A stretch of DNA of 64,000 bases from Acidobacteriota bacterium (GCA_050257975.1 JBLMXY010000224.1:17087-81086), one strand, 5' to 3'; positions 26,797 to 38,236 are shown, counted from the first letter of the stretch. Made by a program: numbers and translations. Notes: a model not told the origin generated them from the letters alone.

Positions 26797-27707
26797 GAGG
26801 CGAGGCCCGCCAGGGCGATCCCTGGCCGGTCCACCTCGCGCTTCTCGGCGCGCAGACCGGCTTCGCGCTCTTCCCGATCTTCGGCAAGCTCGCGCTGGCC
26901 TCGATCCCGCCGATGGTTCTCGCCGCGCTGCGGGTGGTCGCCGCTTCCTCGATGCTCGCCCTGGGCCTACGATTGTCGAGCCGGGAGCGGATCGCCGCGT
27001 CCGACCGCAAGGCCGTCCTGCTCTACGCGCTCCTCGGGGTTTCCTTCAACCAGGTCCTCTTCCTGCTCGGCCTCTCGCTCACGACCGCGATCAATACGAC
27101 GATCTTGATGGCGATGATCCCCGTCTATACGTTGCTCGTCGCCGTGCTGCTTGGCCGCGAGCGGCTGACGGGCCGCGCGGTCGCCGCGGTGCTGCTGGCG
27201 GCCGGGGGCGCGCTGCTGCTGGTGAAGGCCGAGAGCTTCGACTGGCACAACGACTATTTCCGGGGCAACCTGCTGCTGATCGCCAACGGCGTCTCCTACG
27301 CCTTCTACCTGGTTCTCTCCCGGCCGATCCTCGGGCGCTATCGCGTCCTGACGGTCGTGTCGGGGGTTTTCACCTGGGGCGCCCCTCCCATCGTCCTTGC
27401 CGCGTTGCCCGCGCTCGCGCGCTTCTCCCCGCACCGGGTCACGCGGGTCGGGTGGACGAGCCTCGCCGCCGTGATCGTCTTCTGCACGGTGCTGCCCTAT
27501 CTCTTCAACTCCTGGGCCCTGGCGCGGACTCATGCCTCGCGTGTCGCCTTCTACATCTTCGTGCAGCCGCTGATCGCCTCCGGGCTCGCGGTCGTGGTCC
27601 TGGGCGAGCGGCCGACTCTGCGCACGGCGGCCGCGGGCCTGCTGATTCTCTCGGGCCTCGCCATTTCGCTTTCCCCCGCCCGCCTGCCGGCGCGTCCCAT
27701 CCCGTGA
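26793..27707 (+). CDS. EamA/DMT-family transporter (10 TM). GTG start overlaps the ygfZ stop (GTGA).
   Basis: Two EamA repeats (…GVSFNQVLFLLGLSLTTAINTTILMAMIPVYTLLVAVLLGRERL… and …FNSWALARTHASRVAFYIFVQPLIASGLAVVVLGERPT…). Confidence 0.8.
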   Translation: MRGEARQGDPWPVHLALLGAQTGFALFPIFGKLALASIPPMVLAALRVVAASSMLALGLRLSSRERIAASDRKAVLLYALLGVSFNQVLFLLGLSLTTAINTTILMAMIPVYTLLVAVLLGRERLTGRAVAAVLLAAGGALLLVKAESFDWHNDYFRGNLLLIANGVSYAFYLVLSRPILGRYRVLTVVSGVFTWGAPPIVLAALPALARFSPHRVTRVGWTSLAAVIVFCTVLPYLFNSWALARTHASRVAFYIFVQPLIASGLAVVVLGERPTLRTAAAGLLILSGLAISLSPARLPARPIP

Positions 27708-28426
27708 CGGCTCAGGCGAGCGCGCCCCGGGTCGCCGTCGTGATCCCGGTCTTCAACGAGCGGGAGTCGCTTCCCCTCGTCGTGGGCGACCTGCCGCGGG
27801 ACCTCGTGTCGGAGATCGTCGTCGTGGACAACGGCTCGACCGACGGCACCGACCAGATCGCGCGGGGCCTGCCCGTGCGCCTGGTTCGCGAGGCGCGACG
27901 CGGCTACGGCCGCGCCTGCCTGGCCGGCGTCGCCGCGCTGGCCGCGCATCCGCCCGAGGTCCTCGTCTTTCTGGACGGCGACCATTCCGACCATCCCGAA
28001 GAGCTGCCTCTCCTTCTCGAGGCGATCGTCCGCGGGGCCGACCTCGTCATCGGCTCGCGCCGGCTCGGTCGGGCCGAACCGGGAGCCCTGCTTCCCCAGG
28101 CGCGCTTCGGCAACGTCCTCGCCTGTTTCCTCATCCGGCTGCTCTACGGCCACCGCTACACGGATCTCGGACCCTTCCGGGCCATCCGCTGGGACGCCTA
28201 CCGCCGCCTCGGCATGCGCGACACGAATTTCGGCTGGACGGCCGAGATGCAGGTCAAGGCGCTGCGCGCGGGGCTCACCGTCGCGGAAGTGCCGGTGTCC
28301 TACCGGCGGCGGGTGGGCGTCTCCAAGATCACCGGCACCGCCGCGGGAACGCTCAAGGCGGGCTACAAGATCCTCTGGACGATCGCGCGCTACGGATTCG
28401 AGCGGCCGCGCTCCGGCTCCCGCTGA
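27704..28426 (+). CDS. Family 2 glycosyltransferase (Dpm1/polyprenyl-phosphate hexosyltransferase-like). GTG start overlaps the EamA stop (GTGA).
   Basis: RVAVVIPVFNERESLP...VVVDNGSTDGTDQIA...FLDGDHSD (DxD)...VIGSRR.... Confidence 0.8.
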   Translation: MTAQASAPRVAVVIPVFNERESLPLVVGDLPRDLVSEIVVVDNGSTDGTDQIARGLPVRLVREARRGYGRACLAGVAALAAHPPEVLVFLDGDHSDHPEELPLLLEAIVRGADLVIGSRRLGRAEPGALLPQARFGNVLACFLIRLLYGHRYTDLGPFRAIRWDAYRRLGMRDTNFGWTAEMQVKALRAGLTVAEVPVSYRRRVGVSKITGTAAGTLKAGYKILWTIARYGFERPRSGSR

Positions 28427-28866
28427 GGCGCCTCGCGGAACCTCTCGAGCGTCTCGAGGACGTGTTCCGGCGCCCGCCGGGGCTTGCCGGCAACGTCGGC
28501 AAAGATGTGGCGCGTCGCGCCGTCGGCCATCCGAAGATCCTCCCGGTCGAGCACCTCGTAGGAAAACGTCAGGCCCCGCGGCGACAGGTCCGGCAGCGTC
28601 GTTCGGACGCGCAGGTCGTCGTCGTACCGCGCGGGACGGCGGTACTTGCACTCGAGGCCGATCACCGGGATCCGCAGCCCCGATTCCTCGAGCCCGCGGT
28701 AGGGAAGCCCCGCCGCCCGGCAGAACTCGGTTCGCCCGATCTCGAACCAGACGGCGTAGTGGGAGTGGTAGACGATCCCCATCTGGTCGGTCTCGGCGTA
28801 GCGGACCCGAAGGGCGATCTCGACGGCACGCAGGTCAGGCCGGTGCGGGCCCGGGCTAGGAGGCAA
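28390..28866 (-). CDS. Acyl-CoA thioesterase of the YbgC/4HBT hotdog family.
   Basis: ...LRVRYAETDQMGIVYHSHYAVWFEIGRTEF...LECKYRRPARYDDDLRV.... Confidence 0.75.
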   Translation of the reverse strand: MPPSPGPHRPDLRAVEIALRVRYAETDQMGIVYHSHYAVWFEIGRTEFCRAAGLPYRGLEESGLRIPVIGLECKYRRPARYDDDLRVRTTLPDLSPRGLTFSYEVLDREDLRMADGATRHIFADVAGKPRRAPEHVLETLERFREAPQREPERGRSNP

Positions 28867-28881
28867 GAGCCGAAACCGCGC

Positions 28882-30223
<1,342 letters not shown>

Positions 30224-30227
<4 letters not shown>

Positions 30228-31201
30228 CGCGGCTCCGTGCCGTCTCTCACGCGCGGGTCGGCCACGGCATAGGCCAGATCCGCCGCGAGCGTGACGGCGA
30301 GTGTCGCGACCGCCCCCAGCAGCGACAGCGCCAGCACGACGGGGTAGTCGCGGGCGAGGATGGAGTCGAAGTAGAGGCGGCCCACCCCCGGCCAGGCGAA
30401 GATCCGCTCGATGATGACGCTTCCCGACAGCAGGCCGGGCAGCAGCAGCCCGAGCAGGGTGATCAGGGGAAGAAGGGCGTTGCGAAAGGCATGCGTCCAG
30501 AGCGCGCGCCGGACCGACGCGCCGCGGGCGCGCGCGGCGAGCACGAAGTCCTGGCGGCGAGCCTCCGCGACACCCGATCGGACCAGCCGGGCGAAGAAGG
30601 CGAGCGAGCCGTAAGTCAGACAGACGACCGGCAGCGCCAGGTGCCCCAGCCGGTCGAGCAGGCCGGCCCATCCCCCGGGCGCCGCGTCGGAGGCGACTCC
30701 GTAGAGCGGCAGCCAGCGCAAGCGGACCGAGAAGAGCGTCTGCAGGAGAAGCGCCGCCCAGAAGGACGGAAGCGAATAGAGCGCGAAGAGCGCGACTCCC
30801 GAGACCCGGTCGAGCCGCCCTTCGGGATGCCCGCCCGACGCCACCCCGAGCGGAATCGCGATCGAGAGCGTCAGCAGGAGGGCGAGACCGTTCAAGAGGA
30901 GCGTGTACGGGAGCGCCTCGCCGATGCGTTGCGCGACGGGCCGGTGGTCCACGAAAGACTCCCCCAAATCCAGGCGCGCGACCCGGGCGATCCAGGAAGC
31001 GAAACGCTCCGGGAGCGGCCGGTCGAGGCCGTACTGGCGGCGCATCTCTTCGGCCGCGCGCGCCGACACGCGCCGCCCGGATTCGGCTCCCATCGCCGTG
31101 ACCGGGCTGCCCGGCGCCAGGTGCAGCAGAAGAAAAACGAGCACGACGATGCCGAAGAGGGTGGGCACCGCGAGCGCCAGGCGCCGGAGCGCGTAGCGCA
31201 T
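30224..31201 (-). CDS. ABC peptide/nickel transporter permease (OppB/DppB type). ATG at 31201 overlaps the SBP gene stop by 1 nt.
   Basis: MRYALRRLALAVPTLFGIVVLVFLLLHLAPGSP...ARARGASVRRALWTHAFRNALLPLITLLG.... Confidence 0.85.
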
Positions 31202-32862
31202 CACGGCGCGCCTCCGGAGCCCGGCTCCGCCCACCAGGCCAGGGGACCCGGCCAGACGCCAAACGGCCCGAGTGGCGAGGTCTCCACACTTCTCAGGCGG
31301 CGACGCAGGGCGTACTTCTTCGTTGCGTTGACCACGAAAACGGCCGGAGCGTCGTCCCGGAAGATGCGGTGGAGGCGGTGATACAGGGCGATCCGACGCG
31401 CCTCGTCCGGCTCGCGGCGGGCTTCCTCCATCAGCCGGTCCGCCTCGGGGTTGCGGTAGTAGCCGCTGTTCAAGCCCCGCGGGGGCCACTGCGAGGAATG
31501 CCAGGAGGGATAGGGGTCGGGGTTCGGATCGGAGGCGCTCGAGGCGAGCGAGGCCGCCTCGAAGGAGCCCGAGTCCAGGCGCTCGACGAACGCGGCCCAC
31601 TCGAGCGGCCGCAGGCGGGCCCGCACTCCGGCGCGCCCGAGCTCTCCGGCGAAGGTTTCGTCGATCTGGCGCCCGATCGTGTTTCCCGCCGACACGAGCA
31701 GCTCGAAATCGAACTCCCGGCCGTTTCGGTCCAGGGTGCCGTCACCGTTGGTGTCCCGCCAGCCCGCCTCCGCGAGCAGGGCCGCCGCCCCCTTCGGGTC
31801 GAACGGCAGGGGGGCGACCGAGGCGTCGTAGGCGGGAGACTCGGGGGCCCAGGGCCCGGAGATCACGCGCGCGGAGCCCCGAAAGAGGTTGCGCGCGATC
31901 GAATCGCGGTCGAGCAGCATCGTCAGGGCGCGGCGCGTCCTCGCGTCGGCGAAGAACGGCAGACGCGTGTCGAGCGCGATGTAGTTGTAGTCGAGATCGT
32001 AGAACTCGAGCACCCGGCAGCAGGCCGCAAACGCCGGATCCGATCCCGCCCGCTCCTTCAACGCGGCGTCGATCCACGTCTCGTCGAGGTCTCCCTGCAA
32101 CAGCGCCCGGTAAGCGACCGCGTTCTCCGGCACGATCCGGAACACGATCCGGTCGAAGTGCCCGCGGGGTCCCCAGTATCGGGGATTTCGCTCGAGGACG
32201 ATCGACTCCTGCGCCTTCCAGGAAGCGAGGCGGTAGGGTCCGTTGGACAGTGGACGCCGGTTGTCGGGGGCCCGGTCGAAGGGCTGGCCCGCAAAGCGCC
32301 GCGCGGGCAGGAGCGGCAGGACGAACGCCATCGTCCGATAGGCGTACGGCTCCCGAAAACGCGCGCGGAAGGCGTGCGGCCCGGCCTGCTCCACGCCGGT
32401 CAGGTCTTCGAACAGCGCCTTGTAGAGCGGGGACGCGGTGGCCGGGTCCGCGATTTTTCGGATCGTGAAGATCGCGTCGGCTGGGGTGACCGCCGAGCCG
32501 TCCTCCCAGACCGCCTCCTGGCGCAGGTAGACCGTGAAGGCCAGGCCGTCGGGCGAGGACTCCACGCGCTGCGCGAGGCCGGGCACCAGACGCATGCGGG
32601 AATCGAAATCGAAGAGGTTTCGCGACAGGTATTGCAGGACGAGCTGCTCCGGCACGTCGGTCTGCAGAACCGCGTTCAAGGTTCCAGGCTCGCCGAAGAG
32701 GCGCCGGCGCAGCGTCCCGCCCTCCTCGGGCGGGGTCTCCTTCGAGACGGGCGTCCCGGGACTCGCGCCGCGGGGGGCGTCGGTGGCCGGAGGCGTTCCC
32801 CTCTCTCCCCCGCAGGACCACAGCAGGGACGCCGCGAGCAGCCCCACCCCCAGCCGATGCAC
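31201..32862 (-). CDS. ABC transporter substrate-binding lipoprotein, family 5 (OppA/DppA type). GTG start ~32862.
   Basis: Lipoprotein signal VHRLGVGLLAASLLWSCGG. SBP_bac_5-like body (…LVLERNPRYWG…, …GYYRNPEADRLMEEAR…). Confidence 0.8.
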   Translation of the reverse strand: MHRLGVGLLAASLLWSCGGERGTPPATDAPRGASPGTPVSKETPPEEGGTLRRRLFGEPGTLNAVLQTDVPEQLVLQYLSRNLFDFDSRMRLVPGLAQRVESSPDGLAFTVYLRQEAVWEDGSAVTPADAIFTIRKIADPATASPLYKALFEDLTGVEQAGPHAFRARFREPYAYRTMAFVLPLLPARRFAGQPFDRAPDNRRPLSNGPYRLASWKAQESIVLERNPRYWGPRGHFDRIVFRIVPENAVAYRALLQGDLDETWIDAALKERAGSDPAFAACCRVLEFYDLDYNYIALDTRLPFFADARTRRALTMLLDRDSIARNLFRGSARVISGPWAPESPAYDASVAPLPFDPKGAAALLAEAGWRDTNGDGTLDRNGREFDFELLVSAGNTIGRQIDETFAGELGRAGVRARLRPLEWAAFVERLDSGSFEAASLASSASDPNPDPYPSWHSSQWPPRGLNSGYYRNPEADRLMEEARREPDEARRIALYHRLHRIFRDDAPAVFVVNATKKYALRRRLRSVETSPLGPFGVWPGPLAWWAEPGSGGAP

Positions 32863-32926
32863 GGGCCGATTATGAGCGAGTTGCCGGCCGGCTCCGCAGC
32901 AGGTTGCGGAAAAAGAGCGCGGCCTT

Positions 32927-35101
32927 CTAGGGCGCGACGAAGCTCGCGGCGACGACGTTGCGCGCGGCGTCGGTGACGCGAACCAGCACGTAGGCCCCGT
33001 GCGGCGCGCCTTCCAGCCGGATGGTGTAGCTCTCGGCCGGCGAGTCGGAAAGCCCATCGTCCGGCTCGACGCGCACCCATTCCTTCGCGTCGATGCTGTA
33101 CTCCGCCTCGAGGATCGGCGAGGCCTCGTCCGTCGCCTCGAAGCGCAGCGCCGCGCCCGAGTCGGGCAGGCGCCGGACCGTGGGCGGAGTGTTGTCGATG
33201 CGGACCGGCGAGGAGTCCCGGGTTGCCGTCTTCGGGTCGTCGGGATTCGCGTCGGCGTCGGAGGCGACCAGGCGGAAGACGTAGTCCCCGTCGGGGAGCG
33301 CCGTGGTGTCGAAGGCGTAGAAACTCTCCTTGATGTCCTTTCGGAGGAGAAGCCAGCGGTCCGAGCCGGCCGGCCGCACGCGCAGCTCGTAGGAGAGCGC
33401 GTCCCCGTCGCGATCGCTCGCCTTCCAGGTCAGGGTCCGATATCCCTTCCGCAGGAGCTTGCGCGGCGCCCCCTCGGCCTTGGACTCTTCGAGCCCGGTG
33501 AAGATTCCCTTCTCGTCGGGCGCCTGCGTCTCGAAGACGTTGGTGCTGCCCGAGACCGCGCGCGCGAGGACTTCCGCGGGCGCCATCGCGGTCAAGCTGT
33601 CGATGTCCGGCGCGGCGTTTCGGTTGCGGTAAGCGGCCTCGGTGCGGCGAATCACGGGCAGGGCCTTGCCGTCCGAGCTCATGCGAACCCTCCACTGAAG
33701 GTAGCGCGCGGCGGGGGCCGCGACCCTGGAGGCCTGCGTCGCGGCGGCCCAGGCGGACCAGGAGCTCCAGGTGGCGTCCGGGACCTGGGACTCGCCCGAG
33801 CGGAACGCGAACTCCGCTTGCGCCCCCGGCGGGATCTCCCCTTCCCAGCGAAAGGCGCCGAATCGGCTCGTCCGGCCCGTGTCCTTGACCGCCGAAATGT
33901 ACTGGCCCTGACGCGGCCCGCCCAGCAGGCGGTAGACGGCGCAGGAGCTGTTGGTCGCGATCGCGTCGCCCGCCAGGGCTGTCACCTGCTTCTCGTCGAG
34001 CGTGCGGTCGAGGGACCAGGATCCGTTCGCGATTCGGTAGAGCTTGCCGTTGGGGCCCGTCGCCGCCAGCACTTCGGACCGGTCGGCCTCGGGCTCGAGC
34101 GAGAAAACGAGCTCCTCCGAGCTCGACCACACGACGCGGGGAGGCTCGTCGCCGGAAAAGACGAGGACCTCCGAGGAGTAGGCGCCCTTGGATCCCGGGC
34201 GCGAAGGCGCGACTCTCACCGAGGAGACGCTGACGGAAACCTCGGCCTTCTCCTTTCCTTCGTCGTCCCCCCCGGGGCCGTGCGGCGCCCTCCCCGTGGG
34301 CAGCGTCACCGGCGCGGTGATCGGCTCTCCGCCTCCCGGCGCGGCCTCGGCGGACACCGCCGCCGCCCAGACGCGGCCATCCGCGCTCGCCGTGATCGAG
34401 GAGATTTCCGTCTTGGAGGAGTCATAGACGGTCGAGATCGCGCCCGACGGATCGATCCGCATGACCAGGCCCGAGCCGGCCGTTCCGGCCCAGAGCCGCC
34501 CCTGCGCGTCCCGAAAGAGCGACCGCACGTGAGGATCGGTGGCCGCGTGGATTCGTTCTCCCTTCAGGGGGGAGACGACTCGATGGATCTCGCCCGGCAG
34601 GCCCGTCGCGACGTAGAGCCCGCTGCCCGCGAAGGCGAGCGCCCAGACGTACTTCGCTCCGGTCTGGTAGAAGACGTCCGCCTTTCCACCCGAGATGCGG
34701 TACACCTTCCCGCCCGGCGAGGCGCCCGCGTACAGCGCGCCGTCCGGCCCGAGCGCGAGTGAGGTGACTTCTTTCTCGGGGAGGCTCACCGCGGTCTCCG
34801 CCCGATCGCCGGTGATCCGCAGGACCTTTCCGGCATCCCCCGTTCCCAGGTAGATGGTGCCGTCCTTCGCTTCGACCGCCGCGTAGATGGCCGCTTCCCC
34901 GATTCCCGTGACGGGCTGGATCCTGCGGGACAGAGCCAGAGCGCCGTCGCCGGTCACCGAGACCCCGCGGGCCTCCCCGGCCGAAAAGTCCGAGGCGGAG
35001 TCGGACAGCCATACGCGCGTTTCCGAAGCGCGCGCCCGGACCGCGGATACCGAGACCCCGAGTGCGGCCAGCAGCGCCGCGCGGCGGAGCGACCGGATCA
35101 A
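32927..35101 (-). CDS. Secreted beta-propeller repeat protein (Reg_prop / PQQ-like blades) with C-terminal Ig/fibronectin-like domains. TTG start overlaps the S55 peptidase stop (TTGA).
   Basis: C-terminal ~724 aa of the spurious 1214-aa track ORF: signal peptide LIRSLRRAALLAALGVSVSAVRA; repeated blades (DGTIYLGTGDAGKV, DGALYAGASPGGKVY, GSGLYVATGLPGEIH, QGRLWAGTAGSGLV, DGRVWAAAVS, NGKLYRIANGSW); then beta-rich domains (…YVFRLVASDADANPDDP…). Confidence 0.65.
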   Translation of the reverse strand: MIRSLRRAALLAALGVSVSAVRARASETRVWLSDSASDFSAGEARGVSVTGDGALALSRRIQPVTGIGEAAIYAAVEAKDGTIYLGTGDAGKVLRITGDRAETAVSLPEKEVTSLALGPDGALYAGASPGGKVYRISGGKADVFYQTGAKYVWALAFAGSGLYVATGLPGEIHRVVSPLKGERIHAATDPHVRSLFRDAQGRLWAGTAGSGLVMRIDPSGAISTVYDSSKTEISSITASADGRVWAAAVSAEAAPGGGEPITAPVTLPTGRAPHGPGGDDEGKEKAEVSVSVSSVRVAPSRPGSKGAYSSEVLVFSGDEPPRVVWSSSEELVFSLEPEADRSEVLAATGPNGKLYRIANGSWSLDRTLDEKQVTALAGDAIATNSSCAVYRLLGGPRQGQYISAVKDTGRTSRFGAFRWEGEIPPGAQAEFAFRSGESQVPDATWSSWSAWAAATQASRVAAPAARYLQWRVRMSSDGKALPVIRRTEAAYRNRNAAPDIDSLTAMAPAEVLARAVSGSTNVFETQAPDEKGIFTGLEESKAEGAPRKLLRKGYRTLTWKASDRDGDALSYELRVRPAGSDRWLLLRKDIKESFYAFDTTALPDGDYVFRLVASDADANPDDPKTATRDSSPVRIDNTPPTVRRLPDSGAALRFEATDEASPILEAEYSIDAKEWVRVEPDDGLSDSPAESYTIRLEGAPHGAYVLVRVTDAARNVVAASFVAP

Positions 35102-36939
35102 AAGATTCTCGGAAGGACTTCCAGGCGCAGGTGCACCGAGCCGGTCACCGGGACGGGCTGCTCGACGGACTTGGACTCGAGGCGCATGGAGGAAAGATCG
35201 GGCGCTCCGCTGCCACCGGGGCCGCGGTCGAGAAGCACTGCGCCGACGGACGGGGGCAGGGCGGTCAGGGCCTCTCCCCCGACGACGGCGCCCATCGCGC
35301 GCCGGTCGGCAAACAGGTTCAGGGTGTTGGGCGGCCGAACCCGGGCGAGGAAGTCGAGCACCTGCGAAAGCGAACGCGGATCGGGCGGGTAGAGCGCCAG
35401 GTCGTAGGCCGTGGCCGCCGCGCCGTCGCCGACGAAGACCGTGAGCGGGCCGGGCGGCGTGTCGGCCGGCACCTGGACCGTGAGGGAAACCTGGCGGGCG
35501 CTGCCCCGGAAGTCCACGAGGTCCACGTGGATCGGGACCGAGTCGCCGGGCCGGACCTTGCCCTTGTCGGCCTCGACGTTGACCACCCGCGCGCTCTGGA
35601 GGCGGTCGGAATGACGGATGTCGACATCCAGACCCGTGATCGTGAGGTCCTTGAATTCGTTGGCCATCAGGTAGTTCGTCAGAAGCGCCAGGGAGGCCAC
35701 GGCTTCCTCGCGCGCGGTGAGCCCGGTGAAGACCGTCTCCCACGGAATCACGCGGTCGGAGGTATGAATCGCCGACTTCCACACCAGCGTGCGCTCTCCC
35801 GTCCGCTTCTCGATCGTCGTCAGAACGCTGTCGATCGCGACGGCGGCCAGGATGGGCGTCAGCATCGAGTTGTGCACGACCTCGAAGCGGAAGGTCTGGG
35901 TCGGAATGTCCTGCGAGGACAGGCGCACCCGCACGGGCACCATCGGCGCCCGCGCCCCGAAGTTGCCGAGGATTCCGCTCGAGCGATCCTGAGAGATCGA
36001 GCCCAGCTCGGCGCCGGTGGCGGCGAACTTGAAGGAGCGGAAGACCGACGGCAGCACGGTGAGGACCTGCGCTTGCGCCATCGGCATGTCGACCGGGCCC
36101 ATCGAGAGGAAAGGATGACCGAAAGCGAGGACGCTCGAGCCGTCGACCCAGGTCACCGTGCCCGTCGCGGCCATGTCCATGTCTCCGGACATCAGAACCG
36201 TGGAGATGGCCGACCCGGGCTCGAGCCGGGCCGCCGGGGGCGCGGCGGGCGGCGCGGCGCCTCCGGAGGGAACGGCCATCCAACCGGCGGTCTCGGCCAG
36301 CCGGCCAGCCAGAGCGCTCTGCAGCGGGCCGCCCGAGAAGGAGACGGGGACCGGCAGCGGCGCCATCGAGCCGGCGGCGGAAGGCTTGAAAGGCGCGAGA
36401 AGGTTTTCGAGTCCCGCGGAGAAGCGGCCGTCGCGGAAGGCCGCGATCAGGCTCTGTGTCGAGACGGCGGCTCCCGCGATCGGAACGGGGGGCGACGCGG
36501 GCGCCTTGCGAATGTCGAGCATGCTCTGGATCGGGGTGATGCCGCAGATCGGATCCTTGGCGAAGGGCCATCCGTAGGCGAGCGCGCCGACGAGCTTCCC
36601 GTCGATGTAGATCGGGCTTCCGCTCATTCCCGCGATGATCCCGGAGTGCTCGAGCCCGGCGCCCGACACGCGCCCGAGGATCATGTCCTGCCCGGGGGCG
36701 AACCGTTTCAACGTCCCGATGATCTCGACGTTGAATCGCTGCACGCCCTTGCCGTCCCCGAAGTCGGTCAGTCCGTAGCCTTTCATTCCCGCCGCGACCT
36801 GGTCGGCGGGCATGATCTCGGACGGCTGCGCGGCGGCGGCCGGTGTCCAGAGGAACGCCAGTGCGGACGACAAGGCGAACAACACTTGGCCGAGACGAGG
36901 CATGATGCGCAGAAGAACGCGCTCGTGTTGAATACCCAT
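35098..36939 (-). CDS. Peptidase S55 (SpoIVB-type serine peptidase) family protein, secreted.
   Basis: Signal peptide; ...GRVSGAGLEHSGIIAGMSGSPIYIDGKLVGALAYG... carries the S55 catalytic Ser context (GMSGSP). A large C-terminal region has no recognisable family. Confidence 0.7.
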   Translation of the reverse strand: MGIQHERVLLRIMPRLGQVLFALSSALAFLWTPAAAAQPSEIMPADQVAAGMKGYGLTDFGDGKGVQRFNVEIIGTLKRFAPGQDMILGRVSGAGLEHSGIIAGMSGSPIYIDGKLVGALAYGWPFAKDPICGITPIQSMLDIRKAPASPPVPIAGAAVSTQSLIAAFRDGRFSAGLENLLAPFKPSAAGSMAPLPVPVSFSGGPLQSALAGRLAETAGWMAVPSGGAAPPAAPPAARLEPGSAISTVLMSGDMDMAATGTVTWVDGSSVLAFGHPFLSMGPVDMPMAQAQVLTVLPSVFRSFKFAATGAELGSISQDRSSGILGNFGARAPMVPVRVRLSSQDIPTQTFRFEVVHNSMLTPILAAVAIDSVLTTIEKRTGERTLVWKSAIHTSDRVIPWETVFTGLTAREEAVASLALLTNYLMANEFKDLTITGLDVDIRHSDRLQSARVVNVEADKGKVRPGDSVPIHVDLVDFRGSARQVSLTVQVPADTPPGPLTVFVGDGAAATAYDLALYPPDPRSLSQVLDFLARVRPPNTLNLFADRRAMGAVVGGEALTALPPSVGAVLLDRGPGGSGAPDLSSMRLESKSVEQPVPVTGSVHLRLEVLPRIF

Positions 36940-36957
36940 TCCCTTTGACCCTCTTTC

Positions 36958-37722
36958 ATGCCTATGTTACGGTCCTTTTGGATGCTCGCGGCACTTTTTC
37001 AGCCGGTCTCCAGCGAAAATCTTCCCGGCGGCAACTCCCTCCTGGCCTTCTTCCGGGAGACGGGGCCCACGGCCAAGGTCGTCCTGGCCATCCTGCTCCT
37101 GTTTTCGCTCATTTCCTGGATCATCATTTTCGCCAAATACCTGCGCCTGCGGCGGGTCTCGAGCCAGTCCGAGCGGTTCATCGCCTTCTTCCGAAAGTCC
37201 AAGAGGTTCTCCGAGGTCAACGGGATCGCGAGCCAGTTGCCCGAGACTCCCCTGACGACGCTCTTCCGGGCGGGGTACGCGGAGCTCGATGCCCAGGTCA
37301 AGGCCAATCGCCCGGAGGACCCCGCGGTGACGGCCGGGGGGGGCGGCAAGCTCCTGATCAAGAACATCTCGGGGGTCGAGCGCGCCCTGGAGCGGGCCAT
37401 CACGGCGGAGGTCTCGCGCCTGACCCGGTACATGACGTTTCTGGCCACGACCGCCTCGGCCTGCCCCTTCATCGGGCTCTTCGGGACCGTGTGGGGGATC
37501 ATGCAGTCCTTCCGCGCGATCGGAAACACGGGCTCGACCTCGATCGCGGCGGTCGCGCCGGGCATCTCGGAGGCCCTGATCAACACCGCGGCCGGCCTTG
37601 CGGCGGCCATCCCCGCCCTGATCTTCTACAACTACTTCATGGGGAAGGTTCGCATGCAGCGGGCCGGAATGGAGGACTTCGCCCTGGAGTTCATCAACCT
37701 GGCGGAGCGGAACTTCACGTAG
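36958..37722 (+). CDS. tolQ: Tol-Pal system proton channel TolQ (MotA/TolQ/ExbB family).
   Basis: ...TTASACPFIGLFGTVWGIMQSFRAIG...AVAPGISEALINTAAGLAAAIPALIFYNYF.... Confidence 0.88.
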   Translation: MPMLRSFWMLAALFQPVSSENLPGGNSLLAFFRETGPTAKVVLAILLLFSLISWIIIFAKYLRLRRVSSQSERFIAFFRKSKRFSEVNGIASQLPETPLTTLFRAGYAELDAQVKANRPEDPAVTAGGGGKLLIKNISGVERALERAITAEVSRLTRYMTFLATTASACPFIGLFGTVWGIMQSFRAIGNTGSTSIAAVAPGISEALINTAAGLAAAIPALIFYNYFMGKVRMQRAGMEDFALEFINLAERNFT

Positions 37723-37738
37723 CCCGGCGAGGATCTCG

Positions 37739-38167
37739 ATGGCCTTTCAGCGCGAGTCCGGCGACCCCTACGACCACCTGGCGGACATCAACGTCACGCC
37801 GCTGGTGGACGTCATGCTGGTTCTCCTGATCATCTTCATGGTCACCGCTCCCATGCTGCATCAGGGCGTCTCGGTGGCGCTGCCGCGGACCGCGACGACC
37901 AACCTGCCCGCCTCGATCGAGGATCCGGTGATCCTCTCGATCACCCGGGAGGGGGCCTACTACATCAACGAGACCCCGGTGGCGCGCGGGCTGTTGCGGG
38001 AGCGGCTCCGGGCGTTCCTGAAGACCCGCAAGGATCGGACGGTTTTCTTGAAGGCGGATCGCGCGCTCTCCTACGGGACGGTGGTCGAGACGCTGGACAT
38101 CCTGAACCGAATGGGCATCGAGAATCTCGGGATGATCACCGATACGTCGGGAACGAAGAAGAAGTGA
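37739..38167 (+). CDS. tolR: TolR (ExbD/TolR family).
   Basis: ...LADINVTPLVDVMLVLLIIFMVTAPM...VFLKADRALSYGTVVETLDILNRMGIENL. Confidence 0.88.
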   Translation: MAFQRESGDPYDHLADINVTPLVDVMLVLLIIFMVTAPMLHQGVSVALPRTATTNLPASIEDPVILSITREGAYYINETPVARGLLRERLRAFLKTRKDRTVFLKADRALSYGTVVETLDILNRMGIENLGMITDTSGTKKK

Positions 38168-38185
38168 AGTGGAAGTTTTCCGTCA

Positions 38186-38236
38186 TCAGTTCTCAGTTAT
38201 CGGTTCCGGAACTGAAAACCGAAAACTGAGAACTGA
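38186..38236. promoter_or_regulatory. AT-rich nested inverted repeat in the tolR-tolA intergenic region, 10 nt upstream of the tolA ATG. Outer perfect 13-bp IR TCAGTTCTCAGTT / AACTGAGAACTGA; inner 10-bp palindrome GTTCCGGAAC.
   Basis: Arm 1 at 38186-38198; arm 2 at 38224-38236 (exact reverse complement); palindrome at 38203-38212. Local GC ~40% against ~70% elsewhere. Confidence 0.6.

Noticed and set aside
32927-36571. 1214-aa minus-strand ORF and the overlapping 35062..36948 plus ORF
   Set aside because: A run-on. The real gene is the C-terminal 724-aa beta-propeller protein. The upstream part is out of frame with, and antisense-like to, the S55 peptidase gene, which lies in a different frame.
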